A DNA stretch of 64,000 nucleotides from Candidatus Micrarchaeia archaeon (GCA_038886535.1 JAVZXS010000003.1:1-64000); one strand, 5' to 3'; positions 42,279 through 52,342 are shown, counted from the first letter of the stretch. Numbers and translations are program-made. The notes: generated by a model from the letters alone, not told the origin.

Positions 42279-42400
42279 GCGGAGATCGCATAACCTGGTA
42301 GTGCGCAAGCCTGGAAACATTTCATCAGGCAATATAATTGTATTTGCCAGGAAGCTTGTGGTCCGAAAGGGCCTTGTGGGTTCAAATCCCACTCTCCGCG
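42279..42400 (+). tRNA. tRNA-Ser(GGA) with 36-nt intron at 37/38 (42317-42352)
   Basis: GCGGAGA/TCTCCGC acceptor, CAAGC/GCTTG anticodon stem, long variable arm, BHB CTGG/CCAG with 3-nt bulges. Confidence 0.92.
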
Positions 42401-42630
42401 CTTAAATACAAAATGTATGAAGTATCTATAGGAATAGGCCTATAGTAATATTTAAAAAGTTGTTTATGATAATATATTATACTTCTACATCTAACTTAAA
42501 TGTAAGTATAGAAGATGCATAAGAACAGTCTTAGGCATCTCATTCTTATTACAGAATTAAATTTCAATGGTGCTTGTACTTAATAAGCGTTAAAAGGTAT
42601 CATATTTAATCCGTATAAAGAGTGAATAGA

Positions 42631-43188
42631 ATGGTAAAAGATAATCTTCAAAATCCAAAATCAACTCCGAAAGAATCGGAGGATTTTAGAGGGATAGTGC
42701 ACATCCTTGGAAAGGATGTAAAAGGACAAATAATGCTTAGAGATGCACTTAGGCAGGTAAAAGGAGTAGGACAAAATCTGTCTAATGTTTTTGCAAATGT
42801 AATAGCAAAGGAAATGAACATTCCAAAGGATATTCAGATAGGAAAACTAAGTGAGGAACAGGTGGAAAAAATAGAAGATATGATAAAAAATCCAGCAAAG
42901 TATAAAGTGCCATCATACCTATATAACAGAAGAAAAGATCTTGAGTCAGGCAAGGATATTCATGTAGCTGGTCCAGATGTAGCATTTACAACAAGAAATG
43001 ACATCGAAAGACATAAAACATTATACACTTGGAGAGGATACAGACATGCTTATGGACAGAAGGTAAGAGGTCAAGGAACAAGAACATCTGGAAGAAAAGG
43101 ACTTACTGTAGGAGTTATAAGGTCAAAGGCAGTCCCAGGTGGGGCAGCCAAATCAGCTGAGTCTAAATCGGCTCAAGCAAAGAAGTAA
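42631..43188 (+). CDS. rps13: Ribosomal protein uS13
   Basis: NRRKD, WRGYRH, VRGQGTRTSGR. Confidence 0.95.
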   Translation: MVKDNLQNPKSTPKESEDFRGIVHILGKDVKGQIMLRDALRQVKGVGQNLSNVFANVIAKEMNIPKDIQIGKLSEEQVEKIEDMIKNPAKYKVPSYLYNRRKDLESGKDIHVAGPDVAFTTRNDIERHKTLYTWRGYRHAYGQKVRGQGTRTSGRKGLTVGVIRSKAVPGGAAKSAESKSAQAKK

Positions 43189-43226
43189 TTTATATTTAAT
43201 TGGATTTGTTTATAGAAGTGATACTT

Positions 43227-43754
43227 ATGGGAGATCCAAGAAAATTGAGAAAGAAATATGAAGTACCACAGCAGTTGTGGGATTCTGCAAGAATTGAAGA
43301 AGAAGGATCCATGGTTGAGGAATATGGATTGAAGAATATAAGAGAGGTATGGATTGCAAAATCATTGCTTAGAAAGATAAGAAATGAATACAAATCTTTA
43401 CTTGCTCTTGGTGAGGCAGGAAACAAGCCAAAACAAGAGCTCCTTCAAAGAGTTATAAAGGCTGGCTACTGCAAACCAACTGCAGTTCCAGATGATATTC
43501 TTTCACTTACAACAAGAGATATACTTGAGAGAAGACTCCAAACTATAGTTGTAAGAAACGGTCTTGCAAAATCAATGAGGCAAGCAAGACAGTTGATAAC
43601 TCATGGATACATTTCAGTTAATGGAAGGAAAGTAAGATCTCCAAGCTATCAAGTATCTGTTGATATGCAGTCTAAAGTTGGATATTACAAACCAATCAAA
43701 TTAGATCTGACTGAAAAGGCTGAATTGAAGTCTCAAAAACCAGAGGCTAAATAA
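43227..43754 (+). CDS. rps4: Ribosomal protein uS4
   Basis: [25 protein letters not shown]. Confidence 0.95.
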   Translation: MGDPRKLRKKYEVPQQLWDSARIEEEGSMVEEYGLKNIREVWIAKSLLRKIRNEYKSLLALGEAGNKPKQELLQRVIKAGYCKPTAVPDDILSLTTRDILERRLQTIVVRNGLAKSMRQARQLITHGYISVNGRKVRSPSYQVSVDMQSKVGYYKPIKLDLTEKAELKSQKPEAK

Positions 43755-43782
43755 TAATTATTTTTGTATAGGGTTGATGTTT

Positions 43783-44346
43783 ATGGCAGAAGAATCAAAA
43801 GAAAAATTAGTTCTGAAAGAAAAAGAACAGGTTAAACCAATAGAAGAGGAAGAGAAAAAGACAGAGAAAGGTGAAGAAAAAGAAGAGAAAAAAGAAGGAT
43901 TTAAGTTTAGAAAGCAGAAGGGAGGCGGAAGATTTAAGTCAAGGTCTGTTCTCCCATCTGGTCAAGGAAAGGTTGGAATTGCACATATTTATTCATCAAG
44001 AAACAATACGATTATTACAATAACTGATCTCAGTGGTGCAGAAATAATTGCAAGAGGAAGCGGTGGAATGGTTGTAGATGCAGATAGAGAGGAGGGCTCA
44101 CCATTCGCTGCAATGAGAGCAACCGCAAAGGCTGCAGAAATCGCATTGAGAAAAGGAATAACAAGAATTCGAGTTAAGATTAGAGCTCCAGGAGGACACA
44201 ATGAAAAGACACCTGGTCCAGGAGCACAGGCAGCAGTAAGAGCACTTGCACGTTCAGGTTTAAGAATAGAAAGAATTGAAGACGTCACACCTGTTCCAAC
44301 AGATACAACAAAGAGACCAGGTGGAAGAAGAGGAAGAAGAGTATAA
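43783..44346 (+). CDS. rps11: Ribosomal protein uS11 with charged N-terminal extension
   Basis: [28 protein letters not shown]. Confidence 0.95.
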   Translation: MAEESKEKLVLKEKEQVKPIEEEEKKTEKGEEKEEKKEGFKFRKQKGGGRFKSRSVLPSGQGKVGIAHIYSSRNNTIITITDLSGAEIIARGSGGMVVDADREEGSPFAAMRATAKAAEIALRKGITRIRVKIRAPGGHNEKTPGPGAQAAVRALARSGLRIERIEDVTPVPTDTTKRPGGRRGRRV

Positions 44347-44399
44347 GCGATATGCATAATCATCCATACGCTTGTTTCAACTCTATCGAGAGGGATTGA

Positions 44400-44966
44400 A
44401 TGAAAATCAATATTGAATTAAACAATCCGGATGAAATGATATTTACCTTAAGCGATGCACCAACATCCATTGCAAATCTTATAAGAAGATATTCAATTAA
44501 TTCAGTACCTGTATTTGCAATTACAGAGGTTTCAATATACGAGAATAATTCATCTTTCTTTGATGAGTACATAACACATAGGCTTGGTTTGATTCCTCTT
44601 TCATCACCTCCAAAAGCAAAAGAAGGAGAAGAGGTAACTTTAATGTTGGATGTAACTGGCCCTGGCATGATATATGCAGAAAGTTTAAAATCAACAGACA
44701 AAAACGTAGTTCCAGTATATCCAAAAATGCCGATAATAAAGTTATTAGATGATCAAAATATAAGAATGGAGTGCAAGGCTGTTCTTGCACCAGGGAGAGT
44801 GCACGCAAGGCACCAGCCGGGAATAATTGCATATGAAAAAGACGGTAACAACTTTAAGTTCAAGATAGAATCATACGGTCAGATGACAGCTGAAATGATT
44901 CTCAAGAAGGCGCTTGCCAAAATAAAGGAGTCCGCAGAAAATGTGGAATCCTCTTTGGAGGAATGA
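44400..44966 (+). CDS. rpoD: RNA polymerase subunit Rpo3/D (short, no Fe-S domain)
   Basis: ANLIRR, DEYITHRLGLIPL, FKIESYGQ. Confidence 0.92.
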   Translation: MKINIELNNPDEMIFTLSDAPTSIANLIRRYSINSVPVFAITEVSIYENNSSFFDEYITHRLGLIPLSSPPKAKEGEEVTLMLDVTGPGMIYAESLKSTDKNVVPVYPKMPIIKLLDDQNIRMECKAVLAPGRVHARHQPGIIAYEKDGNNFKFKIESYGQMTAEMILKKALAKIKESAENVESSLEE

Positions 44967-44998
44967 TAGGGCTTATGCCTCTGAGTTTATGTTAATCT

Positions 44999-45160
44999 GC
45001 AGGGGTGGCAGAGCCAGGTCAAATGCGCCAGCTTGAGGGGTTGGTGCCGTAGTGGCTGCGTGGGTTCAAATGAAACTTATTTAAGAAAGAAGTTTCATCA
45101 AGAAAATTCTTCGATGAGACTTCCTCAATAAGAAAGTTTCTGGAAATCCCACCCCCTGCA
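44999..45160 (+). tRNA. tRNA-Leu(GAG) with 76-nt T-loop intron at 59/60 (45071-45146)
   Basis: GCAGGGG/CCCCTGC acceptor, CCAGC-TTGAGGG-GTTGG arm, BHB TTCA/TGGA with AAT bulges. Confidence 0.9.
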
Positions 45161-45233
45161 TGATGATCTGAATGCGTTCGAAAAAAATGTTAAAAAAATA
45201 AACGATCCACATAATATTTATTAGGTGTTGATT

Positions 45234-45575
45234 ATGATGAAAGGACCAGAGAGAATCGAAACAATAAGAGCGTTAAAATCTCTTTCAAAAGGAAAGGGAG
45301 CTTTATTTAAAGTATTATCAAAGTCTTTGAAGATGCCAAGAAGAAAAAAGATATGTGTTAATCTAAGCAAGATTTCAAGATATTCAAAACCAAATTCAGT
45401 AGTAGTTGTTCCAGGTAAAGTTCTTGCAGGTGGGGAACTGAAGCATAAGATTGATTTAGTTGCGCTGTCTTTCAGTGAGGTTGCTTCTAAGAAGATCAAG
45501 GCAAGCGGAAGTCAAATTCATGATTTTGACTGGCTTGTCAAAAGAGGAGCAAAGGATGTTATATTAATAAAGTAA
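45234..45575 (+). CDS. rpl18e: Ribosomal protein eL18
   Basis: VNLSKI, VVVPGKVL, FSEVASKKI. Confidence 0.92.
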   Translation: MMKGPERIETIRALKSLSKGKGALFKVLSKSLKMPRRKKICVNLSKISRYSKPNSVVVVPGKVLAGGELKHKIDLVALSFSEVASKKIKASGSQIHDFDWLVKRGAKDVILIK

Positions 45576-45609
45576 TAGATTTGTCTTCATAGATTATTGG
45601 GTGTTAAAT

Positions 45610-46032
45610 ATGATAATAAATGGCGAAGGAGCGATTCTTGGAAGAATGGCAGCTATCGCAGCAAAATCTGCATTAAAAGGTGAACAAGTTACGGTTGTTA
45701 ATGCTGAAAAGATAATCATATCTGGAAATCCAAGACAGATTGTTGAGAAATATAAAGTAAGAAGAAGCCTTAAGAACAAAGCAGATCCAGAAAAATCTCC
45801 AAAGTGGCCAAGAAGGCCAGATATGCTTGTAAGAAGAATAATAAGAGGAATGCTTCCATATGATAAAGCAACTGGAAGACAAGCATATAAAAGAATAAGA
45901 GTTTATATGGGTGTTCCAGAAGAATTCGCATCAAAACTTGGAGAAGCAATCGAATTTAAGAGAAATCTTCCAAGGAATTATATTTCTATAGGTCAATTAT
46001 CAAGAGAGTTGGGTTGGTATGGCAAAGCGTAA
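45610..46032 (+). CDS. rpl13: Ribosomal protein uL13
   Basis: ILGRMAA, VNAEK, IRGMLP. Confidence 0.95.
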   Translation: MIINGEGAILGRMAAIAAKSALKGEQVTVVNAEKIIISGNPRQIVEKYKVRRSLKNKADPEKSPKWPRRPDMLVRRIIRGMLPYDKATGRQAYKRIRVYMGVPEEFASKLGEAIEFKRNLPRNYISIGQLSRELGWYGKA

Positions 46033-46564
46033 ATCTACTAAAACCGCGGAAGCGGCTGATGTTGAAAAAATTGAATCTTCTGAAAAATTAGAGAAAGAGA
46101 ATTTAGAGCAGAGTGAGGGAGAAAAAGAGTCAAAGCAAGATTCAAAAGTAAAGAAAAGAACTCCTAAAAAACAGATAGTGGTATCAGCAAGAAGAAAAAT
46201 GGCAATTGCAAGATCTACGATAAAACCAGGTAAAGGAATAGTTAGAATAAATAAGATAAACTTAAATGCAATAGACAATCCTTACGTAAAGACCTTGATC
46301 TCAGAGCCGCTTAAGATTGCAAACGATTATATTTCACAAGTAGACATTGATGTTAATGTATATGGTGGGGGCCAGATGGGTCAAGCACAGGCAGTAAGAT
46401 CTGCAATTGCTAAGGCTCTTGTTGCGTATACAAAAGATTCACAACTAAAGAAGGAAATGTTGGCGTATGATAGATTTATGCTTATAGACGATGTAAGACA
46501 GGTAGAACCTAAGAAATTCAAAGGAAGAAAAGCAAGAGCGAGATTCCAGAAATCATACAGATAA
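46019..46564 (+). CDS. rps9: Ribosomal protein uS9 with charged N-terminal extension
   Basis: GGGQMGQAQA, EPKKF, RARFQKSYR. Confidence 0.95.
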   Translation: MAKRKSTKTAEAADVEKIESSEKLEKENLEQSEGEKESKQDSKVKKRTPKKQIVVSARRKMAIARSTIKPGKGIVRINKINLNAIDNPYVKTLISEPLKIANDYISQVDIDVNVYGGGQMGQAQAVRSAIAKALVAYTKDSQLKKEMLAYDRFMLIDDVRQVEPKKFKGRKARARFQKSYR

Positions 46565-46665
46565 TTAGATTATTTAGATTATTTTAAAATTTTCTTAGTG
46601 TATATTCAATATAATTAGATAAAAATTAGATAAAAATGCGAAGTTAATAAAAAAGAGGTAATAAA

Positions 46666-46863
46666 ATGTTGCCACCAATAAGATGTTTCTCATGTGGGAA
46701 GCCAATAGGTCATTTATTTGAAGCCTACAAAGAAAAAACATCACAAGGTAAAGATACAGCAGCAGTTTTAGATGAACTTGGAGTAAAAAAATACTGCTGC
46801 AGAAGAATGTTTATTTCTTATGTTGATCTTAGTGATGAAGTCATACATTATAAAGGCCATTAA
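46666..46863 (+). CDS. rpoN: RNA polymerase subunit Rpo10/N
   Basis: PIRCFSCGK, YCCRRM. Confidence 0.96.
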   Translation: MLPPIRCFSCGKPIGHLFEAYKEKTSQGKDTAAVLDELGVKKYCCRRMFISYVDLSDEVIHYKGH

Positions 46864-46941
46864 ATTCAAAAAGTGATTAATTCAAAGGGTGATTATTAGT
46901 TTGAGATAAAATAATTATATATAGGATGGTCGCTTGAGAGC

Positions 46942-47050
46942 GGGGCTGTCTGCTAGCCTGGTTAGGCTTCCACCTTGGGGTGGTGGCGACCCGAGTTCAA
47001 GAACTTCAGGTTGAAAATGCCTGATGGTTGAACAAATCTCGGCGGCCCCA
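46942..47050 (+). tRNA. tRNA-Pro(GGG) with 35-nt T-loop intron at 58/59 (47001-47035)
   Basis: GGGGCTG/CGGCCCC acceptor, CCACC-TTGGGGT-GGTGG arm, relaxed BHB GTTC/GAAC. Confidence 0.88.
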
Positions 47051-47101
47051 TTATCTCAATGATGTTAATTAGTTTGAGATTATAATTAGAAGGTTGATCA
47101 A

Positions 47102-47779
47102 ATGGTTGAAAATGAAAATCTTCAAGAAAAATATCTTGAAGCTGGCGTTCACATCGGAACCAGAGTGTCCAGCAAATGGATGAAGAAATTTGTATACAAA
47201 TTTAGAAAAGATAAGCTTGTGATGCTTAATGTTGAGATGATAGACAGCAGGATAAAGAATATGGCTAAGCTTCTTAGCAAGTATGATATGTCTAAGGTAG
47301 CTGTAGTAGCATCTCGTGTTTATGCAGTTCCGGCTGCGAAAAAATTTGCAGAAATATTTGGTGCGAAATCATTTTTAGGAAGATTTATTCCAGGTACATT
47401 TACAAATCCTTCAAATGAAAATTTCTTTGAACCACAAGTAATATTTGTTTGTGATCCAAGAGTAGAAAAACAGGCTCTTATAGAAGGAACATTTACTGGC
47501 GCATTGAATGTAGGATTGGCAGATACAGATAATTCAATAAAGAATCTTGACTACTTTATTCCTTGTAATAACAAAGGAAAGAAATCAGTCCCATTTGTTT
47601 TCTATCTTCTTTCAAAAGAACTTATGAAGGCAAAGGGAATGATTAAGGACGATTCAGAATTCAAATACAAGCCAGAGGACTTTGAGCTTACCTCCTTCAC
47701 AGCAGAAGAAAAGAAGGAAGTAGAAGAGTCTGAAAAAGAGGCCAAAAAAATAGAAGCAAAAGAAGAAGTAGAAGAGTAA
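47102..47779 (+). CDS. rps2: Ribosomal protein uS2
   Basis: YLEAGVHIGT, GRFIPGTFTNP, IPCNNKG. Confidence 0.95.
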   Translation: MVENENLQEKYLEAGVHIGTRVSSKWMKKFVYKFRKDKLVMLNVEMIDSRIKNMAKLLSKYDMSKVAVVASRVYAVPAAKKFAEIFGAKSFLGRFIPGTFTNPSNENFFEPQVIFVCDPRVEKQALIEGTFTGALNVGLADTDNSIKNLDYFIPCNNKGKKSVPFVFYLLSKELMKAKGMIKDDSEFKYKPEDFELTSFTAEEKKEVEESEKEAKKIEAKEEVEE

Positions 47780-47855
47780 GTATTCTTTTGTTTTCTTTAT
47801 TCTCTTCTTTTCGTCTCTTTTATTCTCTTCTTATTCTCTTCCTTTTATAATTCAT

Positions 47856-49097
47856 TTATCCTTTCATGCATTCATTCCTTAAAGAATTATCAATTATATA
47901 TACACAGTAGTCTGTTGCCAGCTGCTCTCTTTTTATTGCCATGTAGATGCATTGATCTTTGTAATACCCATCATTCATTTTTATACAGTTATCAAATGAA
48001 ACTTTACTTCCAGCTATAACTTGTAGATAACAATCAGAAACATCTTTTCTTGTTAAGCTTGATGTATTTAGTAGGATTTCACATTCAGATGGCATTGCGT
48101 TTGCTTTTGCCACATTTTGAACGCATACTTTTTTCAGCATTATTGTTTTTATTCTGTCACACCCATTCACATCTTTGCTTGTCATTGCATAATCCCAATA
48201 GCATGAATCTCTTTTTTGTTCTGTAGATATCTCTTTGCAGAAACTCATGTCTTCAGCTCTTACGACACATCTCTGATAGCAGTCATCTTTGTAATTTATT
48301 CCAGATATAACGTTACACCAAGAACATGAAGAAGTGTAAACAGAATAATATTGATAACAGTAATCTTTTATTTGGATATTCTCTATTGTTCCACATTGGA
48401 CATTCTTAGAAATTATACTTTCACATGCTGTCTTTATGCCAAGATTTGATATCATTTCACATTTATTTTCTGAAAGACTAATGGAATAGTTTAGATAACA
48501 TTCATCTTTTTGAAGTTGTGTGGTCATTTTTTCACATAAAGAAGCATTTTTCTTTGCTATTGCATTACATATATTAAGCATGTAACTGTCATTTAATTTC
48601 TTGCATTCTTCTACATAGTCTCTTAAAAGGCAATCATTCCTTAAAGTGGAATTTTGTATCATATTGCATGCAGAATCCCCAAATTTAACTGCTGCATTTC
48701 TAAAGCATAAGTCTCTTTCGCTCCCATTCAATTTATTACAATAGCTATAATTGTATTCGGAAAGCTTTGAGATGCACTCAACATAATATTTCTGATCAAA
48801 CTCTTCTTTTAAGAGAATTTCACAATCCTCTATATCATTGTTATTGTATGCTCTTTCAATTATGCATTTTTCCTTACCAATAAGCAGATCTTCACATTTT
48901 TTCGGAATGGTTTGGTTTGTCTCGTTTCCAGGCAAAGTCTGATTCGTCTGGTTCAAATTTGTTTCATTCTTCTTTATAATCGGCCCAATTTCAACATTCT
49001 TCTCTATGCAACCATACAGGAAAATCAGCGAAAGCAAAGCAACAAGAAGCATAAATATTCCAACTCTCACCTTTTTACCATTTGTTTTTCTTTCCAT
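47856..49097 (-). CDS. Cys-rich repeat lipoprotein
   Basis: Lipobox-like FLYGC; many C-x2-I-x5-(K/R)D-x-C-Y repeats. Confidence 0.8.
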   Translation of the reverse strand: MERKTNGKKVRVGIFMLLVALLSLIFLYGCIEKNVEIGPIIKKNETNLNQTNQTLPGNETNQTIPKKCEDLLIGKEKCIIERAYNNNDIEDCEILLKEEFDQKYYVECISKLSEYNYSYCNKLNGSERDLCFRNAAVKFGDSACNMIQNSTLRNDCLLRDYVEECKKLNDSYMLNICNAIAKKNASLCEKMTTQLQKDECYLNYSISLSENKCEMISNLGIKTACESIISKNVQCGTIENIQIKDYCYQYYSVYTSSCSWCNVISGINYKDDCYQRCVVRAEDMSFCKEISTEQKRDSCYWDYAMTSKDVNGCDRIKTIMLKKVCVQNVAKANAMPSECEILLNTSSLTRKDVSDCYLQVIAGSKVSFDNCIKMNDGYYKDQCIYMAIKREQLATDYCVYIIDNSLRNECMKG

Positions 49098-49143
49098 TTT
49101 TTCCCTCTCAATTATTTTTAATATCAAATACTTTAATATTAAA

Positions 49144-50049
49144 TCACATTCCCTCGTAACATTCTTCCCATCCTTCTTCTTCTGCCTGCTTCTTGAATTT
49201 GATTCCTATTAATTTATATGCAAGTTGTGCACATATGATGGATGGCATCTTGAATCCATTTATTGGTGCGTGTTCAGTTATATCCACCCCTATTATATTT
49301 CTTTTCTCTCCTATCTTCATCAATGGACTTACAACTTCATCCCAACTGAGTCCCCACGGCTCAGGCATTAATGTCGCAGGCATTAAGGAAGGGTCAAATG
49401 CATCTACATCTATACTTATGTAAACATTATCTTCTATTTCTTTCAGAAAGTCATTGAGCTCCTTCTGGTTGCTTATTCTGCAGTAAGCGTTAAGCTTTTC
49501 AGCTTCCTTGATTTCTTCACTTCCTATGCTTCTTGTTCCCAATAAGCTTACATTTATTTTATTTTCAACAAGCCTCTTTGTAACAGAAAGATTAGAGTTT
49601 TTATTTCCTTCAAATTCATCTTTCATATCTGTATGGGCATCAATGATTAGAACGCTGAACTCCTCATCTTTTTTCTTCATCTCTTCACTCGCAGCTTTTA
49701 CTGTAGCTATAGAAATAGCTTGATCTCCCCCAAGTACTACTGGAAACTTTCCATCCTGGATTATCTTTTTAGTGTTCAAATATATAGAATTCAATCCAGC
49801 ATCTCCTAAATAGATTCTTTCAGGAAGAGGATAAATTCTTGCTGCGCAGGGAGAGTAATTCAGTTGAAGGTCATAATCTTCCATGTTCCAGTTTTCAAGG
49901 ATCTCCGAAGGTCCAAGAAGTGTTTGTTCAGAAATAGATGTTGAAGCGAAAGGTGCAGGAAATATTACTGCTCTTGCTTCTTCATAAGTGACATCCAGTC
50001 CCATGAAGTTTACTTTAGGCAATATTGATTTTTCCTTCCTATCTGCCAT
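49144..50049 (-). CDS. speB: Agmatinase/ureohydrolase family protein, degenerate active site
   Basis: GGDQ, DAHTD, SIDVDAFDP..MPAT..PEP.GL. Confidence 0.8.
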   Translation of the reverse strand: MADRKEKSILPKVNFMGLDVTYEEARAVIFPAPFASTSISEQTLLGPSEILENWNMEDYDLQLNYSPCAARIYPLPERIYLGDAGLNSIYLNTKKIIQDGKFPVVLGGDQAISIATVKAASEEMKKKDEEFSVLIIDAHTDMKDEFEGNKNSNLSVTKRLVENKINVSLLGTRSIGSEEIKEAEKLNAYCRISNQKELNDFLKEIEDNVYISIDVDAFDPSLMPATLMPEPWGLSWDEVVSPLMKIGEKRNIIGVDITEHAPINGFKMPSIICAQLAYKLIGIKFKKQAEEEGWEECYEGM

Positions 50050-50118
50050 AATCTAGTTTATAAGCTTTAGTTTAAAAAGTTTAGTTTTTATGTCTTTCGT
50101 ATTATGTTATGCGCTTTT

Positions 50119-51129
50119 TTATTTTCTGAATGCCCCAGCTACAAGCAATGGAAATGCAATTGTTGCATCGCAGAATACCTTAACACTTTTTGTACCTGGT
50201 TTTATTTTTCCCCAAGACACGGCCTCATCAGGTCTTGCACCACTGTCTGACCCACCCTCTTCAATTTCTGTATTTATATAAATAGTATAATCAGCTCCGT
50301 TTCTATATAAATTTGCATTCATTATATGATGTTTTATTATCCCACCACCTAGAACGATTACACCTGTTTTCTTTGCATCTAAAACCATGTTAACAAGTTT
50401 ATTCATGTCTGCAGCTATGTCAATTCTGAAGTCAGCATTTTTCTTATCACTTTCTCTAAAGAAGTAGACCATATCTCCTATAGATCCATCTGTTAATGCT
50501 GGGCAGAATGTTGGGATATTATTTCTTGAAGCCCAGTAATAAATTGATTTTTCATCCTGAACTTTAAGTCCTAATTTATGAATAAATTCAGAAGGAGTAT
50601 GAATACGTCCTGTGCTTCTTTGTTCATCAAGCAGCTCTTTCAAGAATGGATGCATCATCTTTTCAAATTCAATGTATCTATTATTTGGGACAAAAACATT
50701 TCCTATTCTATTAATTCCTTTTTTCCTTAATTCAGCACCGTCAGCTCTAAAATCCCCAACATAAAAATTGCCAAACGTTTTCAAAATGTCTTCTTCCACT
50801 CCACCTGTGGTTGTAACCAAAGCCTTAACCATTTTATGCTTTACAAGATATCTTATGACATCCCTTATACCGGAACTTACCATATTTGAATTATAGGCTA
50901 AAAAAATGTCTGCATTCTCTCTTCTCATTTCTTTAGCTATTTCTATGGCCTTGCCAAGGTGAGATGCTTGCATTCCTATATTGTAATATGAATTTATCAA
51001 TTCACTTACTTCATCATTGATTTCAAATTTATCAAAATCATAACCCTTAATAATAGGCAAATCATTAGGTTCTTCTGATTCTTTGTAATTTGCATCGTGC
51101 GCCTTTTTTATCTTATCTTTTGAAACCAT
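50119..51129 (-). CDS. dys: Deoxyhypusine synthase
   Basis: SNMVSSG, GGVEED, NRIGN, GSDSGARPDEAVSWGK. Confidence 0.96.
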   Translation of the reverse strand: MVSKDKIKKAHDANYKESEEPNDLPIIKGYDFDKFEINDEVSELINSYYNIGMQASHLGKAIEIAKEMRRENADIFLAYNSNMVSSGIRDVIRYLVKHKMVKALVTTTGGVEEDILKTFGNFYVGDFRADGAELRKKGINRIGNVFVPNNRYIEFEKMMHPFLKELLDEQRSTGRIHTPSEFIHKLGLKVQDEKSIYYWASRNNIPTFCPALTDGSIGDMVYFFRESDKKNADFRIDIAADMNKLVNMVLDAKKTGVIVLGGGIIKHHIMNANLYRNGADYTIYINTEIEEGGSDSGARPDEAVSWGKIKPGTKSVKVFCDATIAFPLLVAGAFRK

Positions 51130-51193
51130 TTTCTTCACCTAACTTTATTAAATCACATGTAAGAATATTAAATCTTGCTGTTCTAATATATTT

Positions 51194-51658
51194 ATGGAAA
51201 TTCCAGAATCAAAACTTATAAAATCAGAAATTATTCTGCGAGATATGGATTTGAATGATGAAGTAAAAATGACAAGAAAATCTTTAGTAAGATGGTTAGC
51301 TTTATCTTTAGGAATAATATCAAAAAATGAGTCAAGACAGTCAGTTTTAAATGTTCTTGAGGCGCTTCTTTATTATCATCTTAAAGAGAAGAAAGAACCG
51401 AACTATCAAGATCTAGTTGAATATTTTTCAAAGAATAACATTCAAATGAATGAAAAAACAATAAGATATCACTTAACACAGCTTAGAAAGATGGGAATAC
51501 TTGAAGACAATCGAGGCACATATCGTTTTTCAGGATTTCAATATGATGATCTTTCTTCAGCTCTAGAAACAACATATCAAAAAAGAGCATATATGGCATT
51601 CTTTAACATAAAGCAATCGTTAAATATCCTTCAAAAAATGTACGAAGAACAGAAATAA
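51194..51658 (+). CDS. Winged-helix DNA-binding protein
   Basis: EKTIRYHLTQLRKMGILE..RGTYRF. Confidence 0.7.
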   Translation: MEIPESKLIKSEIILRDMDLNDEVKMTRKSLVRWLALSLGIISKNESRQSVLNVLEALLYYHLKEKKEPNYQDLVEYFSKNNIQMNEKTIRYHLTQLRKMGILEDNRGTYRFSGFQYDDLSSALETTYQKRAYMAFFNIKQSLNILQKMYEEQK

Positions 51659-51745
51659 TTGTATTTAATTATTTGCTTGATTTAGTCATTGTATTTTTAC
51701 TCTCTTGATCTTTCAGATAAATTAAACTGCTTAGTAGGTGATAAA

Positions 51746-52342
51746 ATGTTAATTGTAGATCTTGAAACTACTGGCGTCAATCCTAAAAAAAATTCAATAA
51801 TCAGCATAGGAGCAATAGATTTTCTTCATCCTGAAAGGACATTTTATGAAGAATGTAGGCCATGGAACGGAGCAGAAATAGATGATGATGCTTTAGCTAT
51901 TAATGGTTTTACTAAGGATCAGATTCTTGATGAAAACAGAAAAACTCTTTATGAGGCAATGAACAACTTTCTTAAATGGATTAGCGAATCAGAAAATCAA
52001 ACACTCGGTGGTCATAACTTTGGATTTGATTGGGCTTTCTTAAAAGAAACAGCTGAAATTTACAATCTTTCCTGGAAGCCGCATAGAAGAATTGTAGATC
52101 TTCATTCAGTATGCTACACCCATTATCTTAAGAGAGGCATTATTCCTCCGCTTAAAGACAACAGAACTGATCTGAGTTTCAACAAGGTTCTTAACTATGT
52201 TGGCCTTCCTGACGAGCCAATTCCGCACAATGCATTATTCGGTGCAAAGGCAGCTGCTGAGGCATTCTCACGTCTTCTCTATGGGAAGTCTCTTCTTGAT
52301 GAATTTCATAAATATCCAATTCCAGATTACCTTAAAATTTAG
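51746..52342 (+). CDS. DEDDh 3'-5' exonuclease, copy 1
   Basis: VDLETTG, GHNFGFD, PHNALFGA. Confidence 0.88.
   Translation: MLIVDLETTGVNPKKNSIISIGAIDFLHPERTFYEECRPWNGAEIDDDALAINGFTKDQILDENRKTLYEAMNNFLKWISESENQTLGGHNFGFDWAFLKETAEIYNLSWKPHRRIVDLHSVCYTHYLKRGIIPPLKDNRTDLSFNKVLNYVGLPDEPIPHNALFGAKAAAEAFSRLLYGKSLLDEFHKYPIPDYLKI

Noticed and set aside
42186..42392. 68-aa minus-strand ORF MGFEPTRP
   Set aside because: Antisense translation of tRNA-Ser
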